Source: Malacoraja senta
Taxonomy: Eukaryota
Assembly: GCA_038087875.1 (NCBI GenBank)
Contig: JAXLNO010005073.1
Span: 62,001 to 126,000, forward strand
Direction of reading: 5' to 3'
Length of the DNA: 64,000 nt
Below are positions 1 through 13,700 of the stretch, in pieces; position 1 is the first letter of the stretch; each line of letters begins with the position of its first letter. The notes beneath the pieces are model-generated. The model searched no databases. It was not told the origin of the DNA and saw only the letters and a list, made by a program, of their open reading frames with translations. The position numbers and the translations under genes were made by a program.

Positions 1-150
1 ATCTTTTATAATTGACTCCAGCATCTACCCCACCACCGATGTCAGGCTAACTGGTCTATAATTCCGTTTTCTCTCTCCCGCCTTTCTTAAAAAGTGGGAT
101 AACAGTAGCTACCCTCCAATCCACAGGAACTGATCCTGAATCTATTAAAC
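1..150 (-). mobile_element. CR1 RT fragment
   Basis: Reverse strand encodes the [16 protein letters not shown] segment. Confidence 0.8.
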
Positions 151-622
151 ATAGGAAAAAAAATAGAATCATTTGAAAGAATAATAACATTAGCTTTATT
201 CATTGGAAAGAATAAACTGAATTTGAATAGTCAAGAGAAACACCGCTATTTTAGATTTTAATCAGTCGGATGTAGCAAAAACAATGACATTTGTTCCCTT
301 TTTAGTGAAGACACCATCATTGTAATAGGAGAACACATTTCACAATAACATTTGAAGAAGTACATCAGTTTTGCAAACTACATTTCAATCATTTAATCCC
401 CTTCATTTAATCCACTATTACCAATGAAGAATAATGTCTGAAGTTTACTGACCTTCTGCAGAGGAACTTGTGTGGAATTCTGGAGAAGCAGCAACGTGGC
501 TTTGAGCCCAGCACAGGACAAGCTGAGTTCCCTCACACTGCACAGTAAACTGACACTGCCTCTTGTCAAACTAAATGACACTCCCCCTCCAGCTGAGGTT
601 TCCGGCACCACTGGTGTTGATA

Positions 623-1390
623 GATAGATACATAGATACATAGAAAATAGGTGCATGAGTAGGCCATTCGGCCCTTCGAGCTGCACCGCCATTCAATATG
701 ATCATGGCTGATCATCCAACTCAGTATCCCGTACCTGCCTTCTCTCCATACCCCCTGATCCCTTTAGCCACAAGGCCACATCTAACTCCCTCTTAAATAT
801 AGCCAATGAACTGGCCTCAACTACCCTCTGTGGCAGAGAGTTCCAGAGATTCACCACTCTCTGTGTGAAAAAGTTTTTCCTCATCTCGGTCTTAAAGGAT
901 TTCCCCCTTATCCTTAAGCTGTGACCCCTTGTCCTGGACTTCCCCAAACATCGGGAACAATCTTCCTGCATCTAGCCTGTCCAACCCATAAGAATTTTGT
1001 ACGTTTCTATAAGATCCCCTCTCAATCTCCTAAATTCTAGCGAGTACAAGCCGAGTCTATCCAGTCTTTCTTCATATGAAAGTCCTGACATCCCAGGAAT
1101 CAGTCTGGTGAACCTTCTCTGCACTCCCTCTATGGCTATAATGTCCTTCCTCAGATTTGGAGACCAAAACTGTACGCAATGCTCCAGGTGTGGTCTCACC
1201 AAGACCCTGTACAACTGCAGTAGAACCTCCCAGCTCCTATACTCAAATCCTTTTGCTATGAAAGCTAACATACCATTCGCTTTCTTCACTGCCTGCTGCA
1301 CCTGCATGCCTACTTTCAATGAGTGGTGTACCATGACACCCAGGTCTCGCTGCATCTCCCCTTTTCCAAATCGTCCACCATTTAGATAAT
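623..1390 (-). mobile_element. 5'-truncated CR1 3' end with (ATAG/ATAC) tail
   Basis: ORFs 972-1355 and 702-971; absent from the paralogous site near 16960. Confidence 0.9.
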
Positions 1391-1799
1391 AGAAATGGGT
1401 TCAGATATATAATTATACCACAAATAAAGATTCCATCTGGAATCGAACTTGCACCTTTACGATTTTGAACATTTTGAATGGATCTCAAATGGGAGAGCTC
1501 CAGGTGCTTTGCTGCATCCTGCTGGGCCTGATGTTCGACGAGAGAGTACATGCAATCCAGGGAGGTCCTGCCATTTCATGATGAAAAAACCTCCATAGAG
1601 GGTTGTGTTCATTAAACATGCTGGCAATTCCATTGCACCCATTAGGATAAACTGAACCATTCCCGGAGAGAGGATTGGCCCTGGTGAAAGGAGAAAGAAC
1701 ATACTGTTTCCTCACTTGCCTCTTCATGGGAAGGACCCCACAGATTTCACCATGGGAAGCTTTCACTGTCCTAATGAATGTCCACCATTATTGGTCAGC

Positions 1800-2170
1800 T
1801 GAGCAAAACTTCGAATGACATTAAAAGAAGCAAGAGTACAGAGTGTACACTGGGTGTGGACCTCAGCATCCATCATTGGGAGTGGCTTGGTCACACGACC
1901 ACTCACTGAGATGGTCAAACCATGAAGGATGTGTCTGCCAGGCTCTTTCTACAGCAGGTAGAGAATGAGCCAACACAAGGGATTCACCTACTTGACCTCC
2001 TCCTCTCCTGTCCACCTGCAACAGGTGAATCTGTTGACCATGGCTTTGGCGGAAATCAGAAGACCATTGCACAGTTCTTATTGAGGACAATGTTTTCTCA
2101 TTACACCAAAGTCATCCCATATTGCTCTGACTGGCACAACAGTTTTTGATGTCATCTTCCCAAAGGAGCT
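1800..2170 (+). mobile_element. Old L2/CR1-type endonuclease fragment (mirror copy at 16180-16550, minus strand)
   Basis: SIHHWEWLG...LQQVENEPTQG.HLLDL pattern typical of the APE domain C-terminal half; many stops. Confidence 0.6.
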
Positions 2171-2499
2171 GCAGAGGCTGAGACATTGACTATGTTCAAA
2201 GTAGAGGATGATTGACTATAAACTCAACAGAAGTCAGGAGACGTGGGGAAAGTGGGAAGGTGGTGTTGAGACCAATATTGGATCAGCTGTATGGGCCTGA
2301 AAAATTGTGCTCCCTCAGACTTTATTCCTTGGAGTGCAGGAGGCTGTGATAGTTGAATTGTTGAGGGGAATAGATAGGCTGAATGAACAGAGCCTTTTAC
2401 CCAGTGTGGGGGTATCAAGAACCAGAGAACACGGGTTTGAGGTGAGATGATAAGGTTTAATATGAACACGAAGGGCATCCTTTACATTCAAAGGATAAA

Positions 2500-3100
2500 A
2501 GATTCAAACAAGAGGAGTTGAGTATAGAAGCAAAGAGGTCCTTCTGCAGTTGTACAGGGCCCTAGTGAGACCACACCTGGAGTATTGTGTGCAGTTTTGG
2601 TCTCCTAATTTGAGGAAGGACATTCTTGCTTTTGAGGGAGTGCAGCGTAGGTTTACAAGGTTAATTCCCGGGATGACGGGACTGTCATATGCTGAGAGAA
2701 TGGAGCGGCTGGGCTTGTATACTCTGGAGTTTAGAAGGATGAGAGGGTATCTTATTGAAACATATAAGATTATTAAGGGTTTGGACACGCTAGAGGCAGG
2801 AAACATGTTTCTGATGTTGGGAGAGTCCAGAACCAGGGACCACAGTTTAAGAATTAGGAGCAAGCCATTTAGAACGGAGATGAGGAAAAACTTTTTCACA
2901 CAGAGGGTTGTGAATATGTGTAATTCTCTGCTTCAGAGGGTTGTGGAGGCCGGTTTCAAGAGAGAGCTAGATAGGGCTCTTGAAGATAGAGGAGTCAGGG
3001 GATATGGAGAGAAGGCAGGAACGGGGTACTGATTGTGGATGATCAGCCATGATCACATTGAAGGGCCAAATAGCCTACTCCTGCACCTATTGTCTATAAA
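2500..3100 (+). mobile_element. CR1 3' end (mirror copy at 15225-15850, minus strand)
   Basis: [18 protein letters not shown]...TRDHSLRI and the CR1 3' UTR. Confidence 0.9.
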
Positions 3101-3770
3101 GGGTAGTAGGTATGTGTGATGAGCTGCCAGAGGAGGTAGTTGAAGCAAGTACTAACATTGCAATTAAAAGACACTTGAACAGGTTCATGGAAAGGAAAGG
3201 TTTAGAGGGATATGGGGCAAATGGAACTAAGTTTGATGAGGAAACTGGGTCAGCATGGACGTGTTGCAGCAGTTTCTGTGCTGTACGTCTCTGTGGTTCC
3301 ATGACTCTGACTAAGTCCTGATAGCTGTGTGAGAGCATCTTCACCAAAAGTATTGCAGAACTTCAAGAAGGCAGCTCACCACCATCTTCTCCAAGGTAGT
3401 TAGGGATGGATAATAAATATTGACTTTGATGCTGATATTCGAAGAAACTAATTGGAATAAATCTTCTCCTTTGCACCATACTGTAGATTATCTGCCACAA
3501 TTTATCCCAATCACTGACAAACACAGATACTTGAGCTTTTCTGTCTTTTAGTTACTATCCTTATAATAAATGCATCCTCAGCACACACAGATATGTTCTG
3601 TTCTCACGTATTTAAAACAAATTACACAATAGAATTTCAAGGAATTTCTTTTAAATGTAATGGGTAAATAGAGAAGTTGTATCTGAAGATAACATCAGCG
3701 TAAAAGAGGAAGGATCTGTGTTAGGCCCTGTTTACACTTCTGCTTGCACCAGATAAGACAGTGTGTGATA

Positions 3771-4640
3771 CAATACAATACAATACCGTTTATTGCCATT
3801 TGAACCTCAAATGAAGTTCAAACGAAATTTGGTTTCTGCAGTCATACAAACAAGTAAAAAGAACCAAGACACAACACAATTTACACAAACATCCATCACA
3901 GTGAATCTCCTCCTCACTGTGATGGAAGGCAAAGTCTTGTCTCTCCCCTGCACTCCACATTCTCCTCCCGATGTCATAGTCAAAGCCCCCGGCGGGCGAT
4001 GGTAAATAAGTCCCGCGGCCATTAAAGCGCGCAGGGCGATGCAAGGCCACGCTCCAGGTCTTGATGTTGGAGCCCCCGGCGGGCGCTAGCAAGTCCAGCA
4101 GCCATTTAAAGCCGCGCCGGGCGATGTAAGACCCCGCTCCAGGTCATCTTCAACCCCGCAACTCGGGCGGGAGAACTCGCCGTTGCGGGAGCCCCGAAAA
4201 GCGGTCTTCCACCAGGGACCCGCGAGCTCCCGATGTCACCGTCCACCGGGCCGGCGGCTGGAGCCTCCAAATCTCCGGGGTCGGGCCGCAGCAGCGCGCC
4301 ACCACAGCTCCTCCCGTTCCGAACTCGGCCAGCTCCGCGATGGTGAGTAAGTCCGCCGGCTCCGCGACTGGAGCCCCAGGTCGTTCCGGTTGGAGGCCTC
4401 TCCACGGCGCTAGGCCCCAACGACAACGGAGACCCGACTGAGAAAGGTCTGGTCTCCCGTGCAGGGAAAAGATTTTTAAAAGTTTCCCCCACCCTACCCC
4501 CCCACCCCCCGTTCCACGCCCCCCACACATACCCAGTTAAAAAAACACTATAAACAAAACTCAAACGAAACAAGAAGAAAAACTGAAAAAGACGGACGGA
4601 CTGCAGAGGCCACTGCAACGTGAGTCGCGTCGCCCACCCA
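3771..4640 (-). mobile_element. GC-rich non-autonomous retroposon-like element, copy 1
   Basis: Paralog of 21431-22288; (CAATA)n tail; two hairpins near the 3' end; absent from the paralog at 30310-30930. Confidence 0.7.
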
Positions 4641-5029
4641 CCAGTGTTGAGATCATTGGTGATCCCAGTGTTTAGAATGTGAGAGTGACAGACAGTGTGG
4701 GTTGGAGGGGGAGATGAGATGAATTAAGAAGAGAAATATTCAGGAGCTGGGGAAAAATATCAAAACAGAGGGTGAAACAGCAATAAAAGTGAATTGTATT
4801 TCTCTGCAGAATTCACACAATATGGGGGGAAATGATTTGTTAACCCGGATTAAGGAAGGAGCTTGATTAGATTTCTTCTCACGATGCGGACAAGACTAAC
4901 TGCTGAGCTGATGATGAGGTGCCCTTTCTGATTCCATTCAGATTGTTTGCTTAGAAATCAATTGTTTAGGATGTGGGCCTCACTGCTCAGGCTTCCATTT
5001 TTAGCCCATGAGGATGTGAACATCCTTAC

Positions 5030-5460
5030 GTAGCCAGTGAATGATGCTCCCACTGTGCTCTTGATAGGAATGAAGGAACAGCAATGGATTTCCAAGTCAT
5101 GACTGGAGAGGCACCCACAGCATGTGGTGATCCCATGGGCCTGTTGCCATTGTCTTTCTTGGTTGATGGGATCACTGATATGAGAGGTGTTATTGAAGTA
5201 GCCTTGGCAATGAACATTGAGACACCTTGCGGTGGTTGATTGAGACCAAGATCACTGTACACAAGTGGTGGAAACAAAGAAGATTACAGTAGTAGATGGG
5301 GACATGCTATGTCCTGGATGATGTTGTGCTTCTTTAGTATCACTGGAGTAACATTCATCAAGGCATTGCACCCTCCTGAATTGGGCCTTGCCGCTGAGGG
5401 AGAGGTTTTGTGGTGTCAGGAATTGCTTGCCCCATGATAACAAGAAATGAATCACCTTTC
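5030..5460 (-). mobile_element. Old L2/CR1-type LINE 3' fragment (mirror copy at 9360-9790, plus strand)
   Basis: Contains catgacttggaaatccattgctgttccttca-type elasmobranch LINE 3' sequence; related tails at 3330-3440 and 7036-7260. Confidence 0.55.
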
Positions 5461-7899
5461 CTTTATTGATACTGTTTCTTAATGCTGCAACTCCCTACCT
5501 AGTATAACTGTGGGAGTACTTTCACCGGAATGAATGGAAAGGTTTAGGAAAGCAATCTACCACTGTCTTGAGTACAATTAACAATGGGGGGGAAACCACT
5601 AACCTTGACAGTGATGCTCAAATTGTCGAGAATAACTGAATGAGTAAAGAAATGCTTCACAAGTAAAATCAAGTACACCTGGATTAATGATATTCAAATA
5701 CTTACAAATACTTTATAATTTTGGAGGTTCCACAACACTTGTAAAGGGAGCAGTGTCAATAGAACCTCTTCTCAATCTCTCTTAAATCCCCACTACCCAG
5801 CTTCCTAACAATCTCAACCTTTTCTTTACTTTTGTCAAAATCCACAGAGTGAAATTGTTCAGTTTTAAATTATCCAAGTTTCTCCTCTCCCTCTAGTGAC
5901 TAGCCTCATGTTCCCATATCTCACCTGACATAGAATCAGAGAAACATAGACAATAGGTGCAGAAGTAGGCCATTTGGCCCTTCGAGCCAGCACCGCCATT
6001 CATTGTGATCATGGCTGATCATCCACAATCAGTAGCCTGTTCCTGCCTTCTCCCCATATCCCTTGATTCCGCTAGCCCCTAGAGCTCTATCTAACTCTCT
6101 TTGAAATTCATCCAGTGAAATGGCATCTACTGTCTTCTGTGACTGAAATCCTAACGGGAATCCCAAAATTCCCAGCCGCTCCACACGGCTGACACATCTC
6201 ATGGTTTGGTTTACAAACCAACTCTCCCGAGCAGTCCCCTGCTGTGGGGCTGTAACTTGTGCTCTGCGGACAGCACAGTTTGTTTACAAAACTATCCTTT
6301 TCAATTCAAAACTGATTACTGCATGTAGCCTACATTTGAATTACATTTGAAGACTGGTTTTCATTTGTACTAATGCTTGCTTACCACATAATCACTTAAA
6401 GAATAACTTTGTCGAACAACCTCTAAAATGTGTCATTGCGTTGAACTGGGACTGGAGTTGGGGCTGCAGAAAGGCAGGGAGCAGTAGGGGGAGGAGTGGG
6501 GTTCAAGCATTGAATGGTGGACCTCAGTCACCATGGCAATGGGTTCATGTGAGAAACTGAAACATTTAACTATTGCAAAAGTATGTGGCTTTTATTTTCC
6601 TTAAAAATATATTGGGTAATATTCCCGAAAGCATTATCTTTATTAATTTAAGTGTGTCCAACTGAGCTGGTTTGAGGCATGTTTTGGGGTCAGTGATATT
6701 CCAATGAGTTTGGATAGAATGTGGATAAAAGCAGTTTTGAAACTCTTCTGATATTTGGCGTTGTTTTCTTTGAACTGTCGATTTCATACAAAGATGAAAA
6801 AATTGACCGCACAGTTTCTACCAATCCACATATCAGCTCAATCATTATTTGCTCTTTGCTTCTAACATAACAGTATACAGCCAAACTTTCATAGCTTTTG
6901 CAACAGTTACTGTTCTTTCTCAGAAATCTATTGGTGGCAAAGTCCCACTGAACAAACATCATTTGCAAATTATATTCCATTTCACTCTGCCAGTTTTCTA
7001 CACAAAGCCCTTGCTGACATTTAGTTCTCATACCTGGGATGTGAGGTTGCTACAAAGCCAGTATTTATTGCCCATCCCTAATTGCCCCCTGAACATAGTG
7101 GAGGGCGGGACCATCTCACAGGACAGTTAAGAGCCAACCACATTGCTATAGGCCTGGAATCACGTGGATGTCAAATCAGGTGAGTTTTCCTCACCAGAAG
7201 GGCATTGTGATCTAGGTGGGTTTGCCAGCAATCTGGTGCCTTCACAGTCAACATCATTGAATCTGGAACTTAATTCATGAATTAATTATTCATTTTTATT
7301 TCAATTACCCAGATTCCAAAGTAGGATTTGGATTCATATTTCCTGATGGAGAATCAAGCCCTCTTCATATTGAATCACCAGAACTCAACACTGTCGTCTC
7401 TATAGTCTCTCTATTAGTTTCTCATTGAGCTGTGCTTTCCCAAGGTAATACTCTTTGCAAACTGGTGGATAAATTGCTCCCAGTGTCTCAGTAAACAAAT
7501 ATGCATGCAGAATGGCCACAATTTTTGTGTGTCCGATCCAGAAAATACATGCCCTTTCTGCAAACACAATCCACACCCAGAAATGCTTGGTCACGTTAGC
7601 GGAGTGGCACAAATAGACCCGTAAACTGTTATAATTCTGTTCAATCCTGACAAATGGTTTTATAAAATGTGAAAGTGCTCAGGAATATGATAGATTTTCT
7701 AAATACAATCTGCTTGATCATTGATCATTATTCTCCGAATTGTATATGGGCTATGAAAATATAAACAAACTCGGCTGGAGATGGCAAGGGAAGCTACAGT
7801 ATGTGTCCATACTGCAGCATGTGGGAGTTAGTGATCAGTGCAACTCTCTTCGGGATGTCCATGTCTGCATGAAAGGATTCTGCCTTCAATCACTTGGGC

Positions 7900-8600
7900 T
7901 CTACATCAGTGATGTAGTCAACTATTTACAATATATATTCATGATTTAGATGATGGGATTAAAAGTAGCACTAGCAAATTTGCAGATGACACAAAGCTGG
8001 GTGGCATTATGAACTGCAAAGAGGATGTTACAGGTTGAGTGAGTGGCAGATGCATGGCAGATGTAGTATAATGTAGATAAATGTGAGAGTATCCACTATG
8101 GTGGCAAGAACAAGGAGGCAGATTATTATCTCAATGGTGTCAGATTATGAAAAAGAGAAGCGCAATGAGACCTGGGTGTCCTTGTACACAGTCAATGAAA
8201 GTAAACAGGTACAGCAGGCAGTGAAGAAAGCTAATGCAATGTTGGCCTTCATAATGAGAAGATTTGAGTACAGGAGTAAAGAGTTCCTTCTGCAGTTTTT
8301 TTCCGCAGTCTAAAAATAAAGGGGAGGTCATTAAAAACTGAGATGAGAAAATACTTTTTCACCCAGAGAGTTGTGTATCTGTGAAATTCTCTGTTACTGA
8401 AGGCAGTGGAGGCCAATTCACTGGACGTTTTCAAGAGAGAGTTAGATTTATCTCTTAGGGCTATCGGAATCAAGGGGTATGGGGAGAAAGCAGGAACGGG
8501 GTACTGATTCTGCATGATCAGCCATGATCATATTGAATGGCAGTGCTGGCTCGAAGGGCCGAATGGCCTACTCCTGCACCTATGTTCTATGTTTCTATGA
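7900..8600 (+). mobile_element. Internally deleted CR1 RT and 3' fragments
   Basis: [24 protein letters not shown] and the CR1 3' UTR with a microsatellite tail. Confidence 0.85.
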
Positions 8601-10692
8601 ATGTGGGATTCAGGCAACGGACACAGCAGCAGTGTGGAGCGGCTGGGAATTTTGGGATTCCCGTTAGGATTTCAGTCACAGAAGACAGTAGATGCCATTT
8701 TACTGGATGAATTTCAAAGAGAGTTAGATAGAGCTCTAGGGGCGAGCAGAATCAAGGGATATGGGGAGAAGGCAGGAACAGGCTACTGATTGTGGATGAT
8801 CAGCCATGATCACAATGAATGGCGGTGCTGGCTCGAAGGGCCAAATGGCCGACTCCTGCACCTATTGTCTATGTTTCTCTGTTTCTATGTCAGGTGAGAT
8901 ATGGGAACATGAGGTTAATCACTAGAGGGAGAGGAGAAACTTGGATAATTTTAAACTGAACAATTTCACTCTGTGGATTTTGACAAAAGTAAAGAAAAGG
9001 TTGAGATTGTTAGGAAGCTGGGCAGTGGGGATTTAAGAGAGATTGAGAAGAGGTTCTATTGACACTGCTCCCTTTACAAGTGTTGTGGAACCTCCAAAAT
9101 TATAAAGTATTTGTAAGTATTTGAATATCATTAATCCAGGTGTACTTGATTTTACTTGTGAAGCATTTCTTTACTCATTCAGTTATTCTCGACAATTTGA
9201 GCATCACTGTCAAGTTTAGTGGTTTCCCCCCATTGTTAATTGTACTCAAGACAGTGGTAGATTGCTTTCCTAAACCTTTCCATTCCTTCCGGTGAAAGTA
9301 CTCCCACAATTATACTAGGTAGGGAGTTGCAGCATTAAGAAGCAGTATCGATAAAGGAAAGGTGATTCATTTCTTGTTATCATGGGGCAAGCAATTCCTG
9401 ACACCACAAAACCTCTCCATCAGCGGCAAGGCCCAATTCAGGAGGGTGCAATGCCTTGATGAATGTTACTCCAGTGATACTGAAGAAGCACAACATCATC
9501 CAGGACATAGCATGTCCCCATCTACTACTGTAATCTTCTTTGTTTCCACCACTTGTGTACAGTGATCTCGGTCTCAATCAACCACCGCAAGGTGTCTCAA
9601 TGTTCATTGTCAAGGCTACTTCAATAACACCTCTCATATCAGTGATCCCATCAACCAAGAAAGACAATGGCAACAGGCCCATCGGATCACCACATGCTGT
9701 GGGTGCCTCTCCAGTCATGACTTGGAAATCCATTGCTGTTCCTTCATTATTATCAAGAGCACTGTGGGAGCATCATTCACTGGCTACGTAAGGATGTTCA
9801 CATCCTCATGGGCTAAAAATGGAAGCCTGAGCAGTGAGGCCCACATCCTAAACAAGTGTAAACATGGCCTAACACAGATCCTTCCTCTTTTAGGCTGATG
9901 TCATCTTCAGATATAACTTCTCCATTTACCCTTTACATTTAAAGGTAATTCCTTGTAATTCTATTTGTGTAATTTTTTAAAATACGTGAGAACAGAACAT
10001 ATCTGTGTATGCTGAGGATGCATTTATTATAAGGATAGTAACTAAAAGAGAGAGAAGCTCAAGTATCTGTGTTTGTCAGTGATTGGGATAAATTGTGGCA
10101 GATAATCTACAGTATGGTGCAAAGGAGAAGATTTATTCCAATTAGTTTTTTTACTAATATCAGCATCAAAGTCAATATTTATTATCCATCCCTAACTACC
10201 TTGGAGAAGATGGTGGTGAGCTGCCTTCTTGAAGTTCTGCAATACTTTTGGTGAAGATGCTCTCACACAGCTATCAGGACTTAGTCAGAGTCATGGAACT
10301 ACAGAGTCGTACAGCACAGAAACAGCTGCAACACGTCCATGCTGACCTAGTTTCCTCATCAAACTTAGTTCCATTTGCCCCATATCCCTCTAAACCTTTC
10401 CTTTCCATGAACCTGTTCAAGTGTCTTTTAATTGCAATGTTAGTACTTGCTTCAACTACCTCCTCTGGCAGCTCATCACATATACCTACTGTAGATCAGT
10501 GCATGTTCCTTTAACTTAGTGACCTCACCACTACTAACCACTCCCCATTGTCTCTCCTATAATTGTAAGGTTCCCACCTCCAGCCCTCTCTCTAGCTCCA
10601 GTGATGACCACGGACAGCTATTGCAAGGTGTGTGTTAGTGATTTAATAAACCATCAGTAAAAGACTCTGTGTAGGAACCAAGTCATTTTACA

Positions 10693-10707
10693 TGGTGTCA
10701 GAAGTGG
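10693..10707 (+). other. Gypsy primer-binding site, tRNA-Leu type
   Basis: TGGTGTCAGAAGTGG directly after the 5' LTR, complementary to the ...CCACTTCTGACACCA 3' end of vertebrate tRNA-Leu(CAA), reference recalled from memory. Confidence 0.75.
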
Positions 10708-10797
10708 TAGACCCGCGTCTCCTGTTTATCGGGGTTTTTTTTTCTTTTTACTCTTTGCTTTCTCCCAGTTGTTCACGTCTCCCCCCCCGTTTTCATT

Positions 10798-13700
10798 ATG
10801 TCCAATTCCTGTCGTCGACCCGAGATATTGGTCTTTGACACGGACATTGTCCACCGCTGGACTGTGTTCCAGCGCGACTTTGAACATTACACAGCCATCG
10901 CTCATCCTAATGCCACCCCTGCTGTGCAGGCTCACCTGCTGCTCAACCTCGCTGGCCCGGAGGCCATGGATCACTATGCTTCATTCGACTTCGCCCCCGG
11001 AGAAGACCGTCGGGACCCGGTATGTCTCATTGATAAATTCACTGCCCTCTGTGATATCCCTACCAATAACATTATTGAACGTTTTAAATTCTTCCAGAGG
11101 CGGCAGAATCCCGGCGAGCATATTGACGCTTTTATTGCCTCTTTGCGTCATATGGCTCGGCGCTGTCGCCTTGAAACAATCTCCACGGACGAATTGATCA
11201 GGGATGTCCTCGTCAATGGTCTCCTGAACGCTAAGCTGCGTGACGAGCTCCTTATGAAACCTGATTTGACACTAAGGGAGGCTATGTATTCCGCTCGTAT
11301 GGCCTCTGCTGTTAGCTCCGTGTCTCAACCGGTGTCCCAGGACATTAACTTTACCGGTGCAGCTGGCCGCCGGCGGAACGCTGGTCCGCCACGACGAAAC
11401 CCCGCCGCAATGCCCGCTAAGGTCACCCCACGCCGTTGCCCCAATTGTAATTTTTCTTTCCACCAATTCAACGTTTGCCCCGCGCAGGGCAAGACTTGTA
11501 ATTCCTGTGGCAAACTGAACCACTTTTCGGCGGCTTGTCGGTCCCGTGATAAGCCGCTCCCTGCTCCAAGGAGGAATTTAAATAACCTTGCAGACCCTGA
11601 TAGCGCGCTTGGTTATCAGTACCAGTCGGATTTTGATAGGAGCTCCTCCCATGGTGATTCAACAGTGTTTTTGCTTTTGGGTGCACCTGCTATGATAACA
11701 GATCCCTCTGTGCATGTTACTGTTAATGGTCATTCATTCTCTGCCAAGGTCGATACTGGTGCATTTTCAAATGTTATGTCTATCAGCCTCTTCAAGCGGA
11801 TAAGATCTGGGGAGATAGTTACTCCCGATGACACCCGCCTTCATGTCTATGGGGGAGGAGTTCTAGTTCCAGTGGGGAAGGCCACGCTTATCTGCACAGT
11901 CCTTGAGACCTCTCGGCCCCTCACCTTCCACCTGCTGGATTCTGACAACGTCACCCTGCTGGGCGCCTGTGCGTGCCGGGACCTTGGTTTGGTTTCTTTC
12001 CACCGCGGAATTCACCTGGTGCAGGCCCCCATGGACCCCCTGGGCGAATACCCCGACCGTTTTGATGACATTTTGGGCAAATTGCCCTGTGACTATAAAA
12101 TCGTTGTCGACCCGAGTGTCGACCCGGTGGTTCGACCGGCCCACCGCGTCTCCTTCGCTATGAAGGGCCGCGTGGAATCTACTCTGCGTGATATGGTGAC
12201 CATGGGCATCCTCAAGGAGGTGAGCGCTCCCACCAGGTGGGTCTCAAACATGGTTGTCGCTGCCAAGAAGGATAAGAGCGAGATCCGGATCTGCATTAAT
12301 CCAAAGGACCTGAACCTGGCCATCAAGCGCCCGCACTACCCCATGCGGACGGTGGAGGATGTCGCTGCACAGGTCGGTCCTGCCACTGTCTTCTCTGTTT
12401 TAGACGCCAAAAGCTCATTCTGGCAGATCCCTTTAGATGAACGTTCCTCATTCCTGACCACCTTCATCACACCTTTCGGCAGGTTCCGTTTCCTCCGTAT
12501 GCCGTTTGGGATCAACTCGGCTAGTGAGGTTTTCCAGCGCACCATGGAACAGCTGTTCGCTGGGTTGCCGTGCGCTATCATCGTGGATGACATCCTGGTG
12601 TACGGGAGGGACGTCGCTGAGCACGACCTGCACCTCCGCAAAGTCCTGGACAGGGCTCGTAAAATCAATCTCAAGCTCAACCCCAAGAAGTGTCGGTTCC
12701 GGGTCCCGGAAGTCACTTACGTTGGTCACGTTTTCACGGCAGGGGGTTTAAAGCCTGACCCCCAGAAAACATCAGCAGTCACCGAGATGCCCGCTCCTAC
12801 TGACGTTCCCGGCCTGCAGCGCTTCCTGGGCCTGGTCAATTACCTGGGGAAGTTCGTACCTGACCTCAGCGAACTGAGTGCTCCCCTGAGGGAGCTGATC
12901 AAAAAGGACTCCGCATGGATCTGGCTCCCGCATCACCAGTCGGCGTTCGTGGCTCTGAAGTCCAAGCTCACACACACACCGACTCTCAAGTTCTTCGATC
13001 TGCACAGACCAATTGTCCTCACTTGTGATGCCTCTAAGTTCGGTCTCGGTGCCGCATGTCTGCAGCTTTATGACGGCCTGCAGCTACCTGTCTCCTACGC
13101 TTCTCGCACCATGACCCCTGCCGAGCAACGTTATGCACAGATCGAGAAGGAGCTACTTGCCGTGGTGTTCGCCTGCTCCAAGTTTAGGGATTACATTCTG
13201 GGCAACACCTTCACCATTGAGACTGACCACCAGCCACTGGTCACTATTCTGAATAAGCCTATCCATGTCGCCTCTTCCCGGTTGCAGCGGATGATGCTGC
13301 AGCTCCAGCGTTTCACGTTCCGGATTGTGTACCGCAAGGGCAAAGATATGTTTGTGGCCGACACATTGTCCCGTGCGCCGCTCCCTTCAGTTGCCCGCCA
13401 CCCGTACGAATCCTCTGACCTGATGGTACTGAATGTTAACATTGTTCCATCCCAGCAGATGCAGTCCCTGGTCAAACACACTGCTGATGATCCTGCTCTG
13501 CAAGAACTTGCGGACGTTATCCGCCGTGGTTGGCCTGACCGACGCTCTTCCCTGCCGGCTGGTGCCCTCCCCTACTTCCTGGTTCGTGATGAACTAGTGC
13601 TACATGACGGCGTGGTGGTGAAGGGTCACAAGGTCGTGGTGCCGGCCGCTCTGCGGGATCACTATTTTCAAACTGCACACAACGGCCATCCCGGGGTGGA

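Noticed and set aside
1243-2478. ORFs conserved between the two arms of the large inverted duplication (1485-1766 with 16588-16869, 5026-5455 with 9362-9791)
   Set aside because: Conservation reflects recent duplication of decayed LINE and unique DNA, not coding constraint.
4106-4618. Long ORFs in the GC-rich elements (also 21646-22268)
   Set aside because: Frames are not conserved between the copies; expected from high GC content.
6690-7031. 113-aa minus-strand ORF as a cytokine-like or other small gene
   Set aside because: It belongs to the repeated upstream module, whose other copies have stops in the equivalent frame, and its start abuts a LINE tail.
7400-7625. DCVCRKGMYF reading resembling a TNFR cysteine-rich repeat
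   Set aside because: Flanked by in-frame stops, and the cysteine spacing is not kept in the paralogs at 28245-28330 and 31020-31100.
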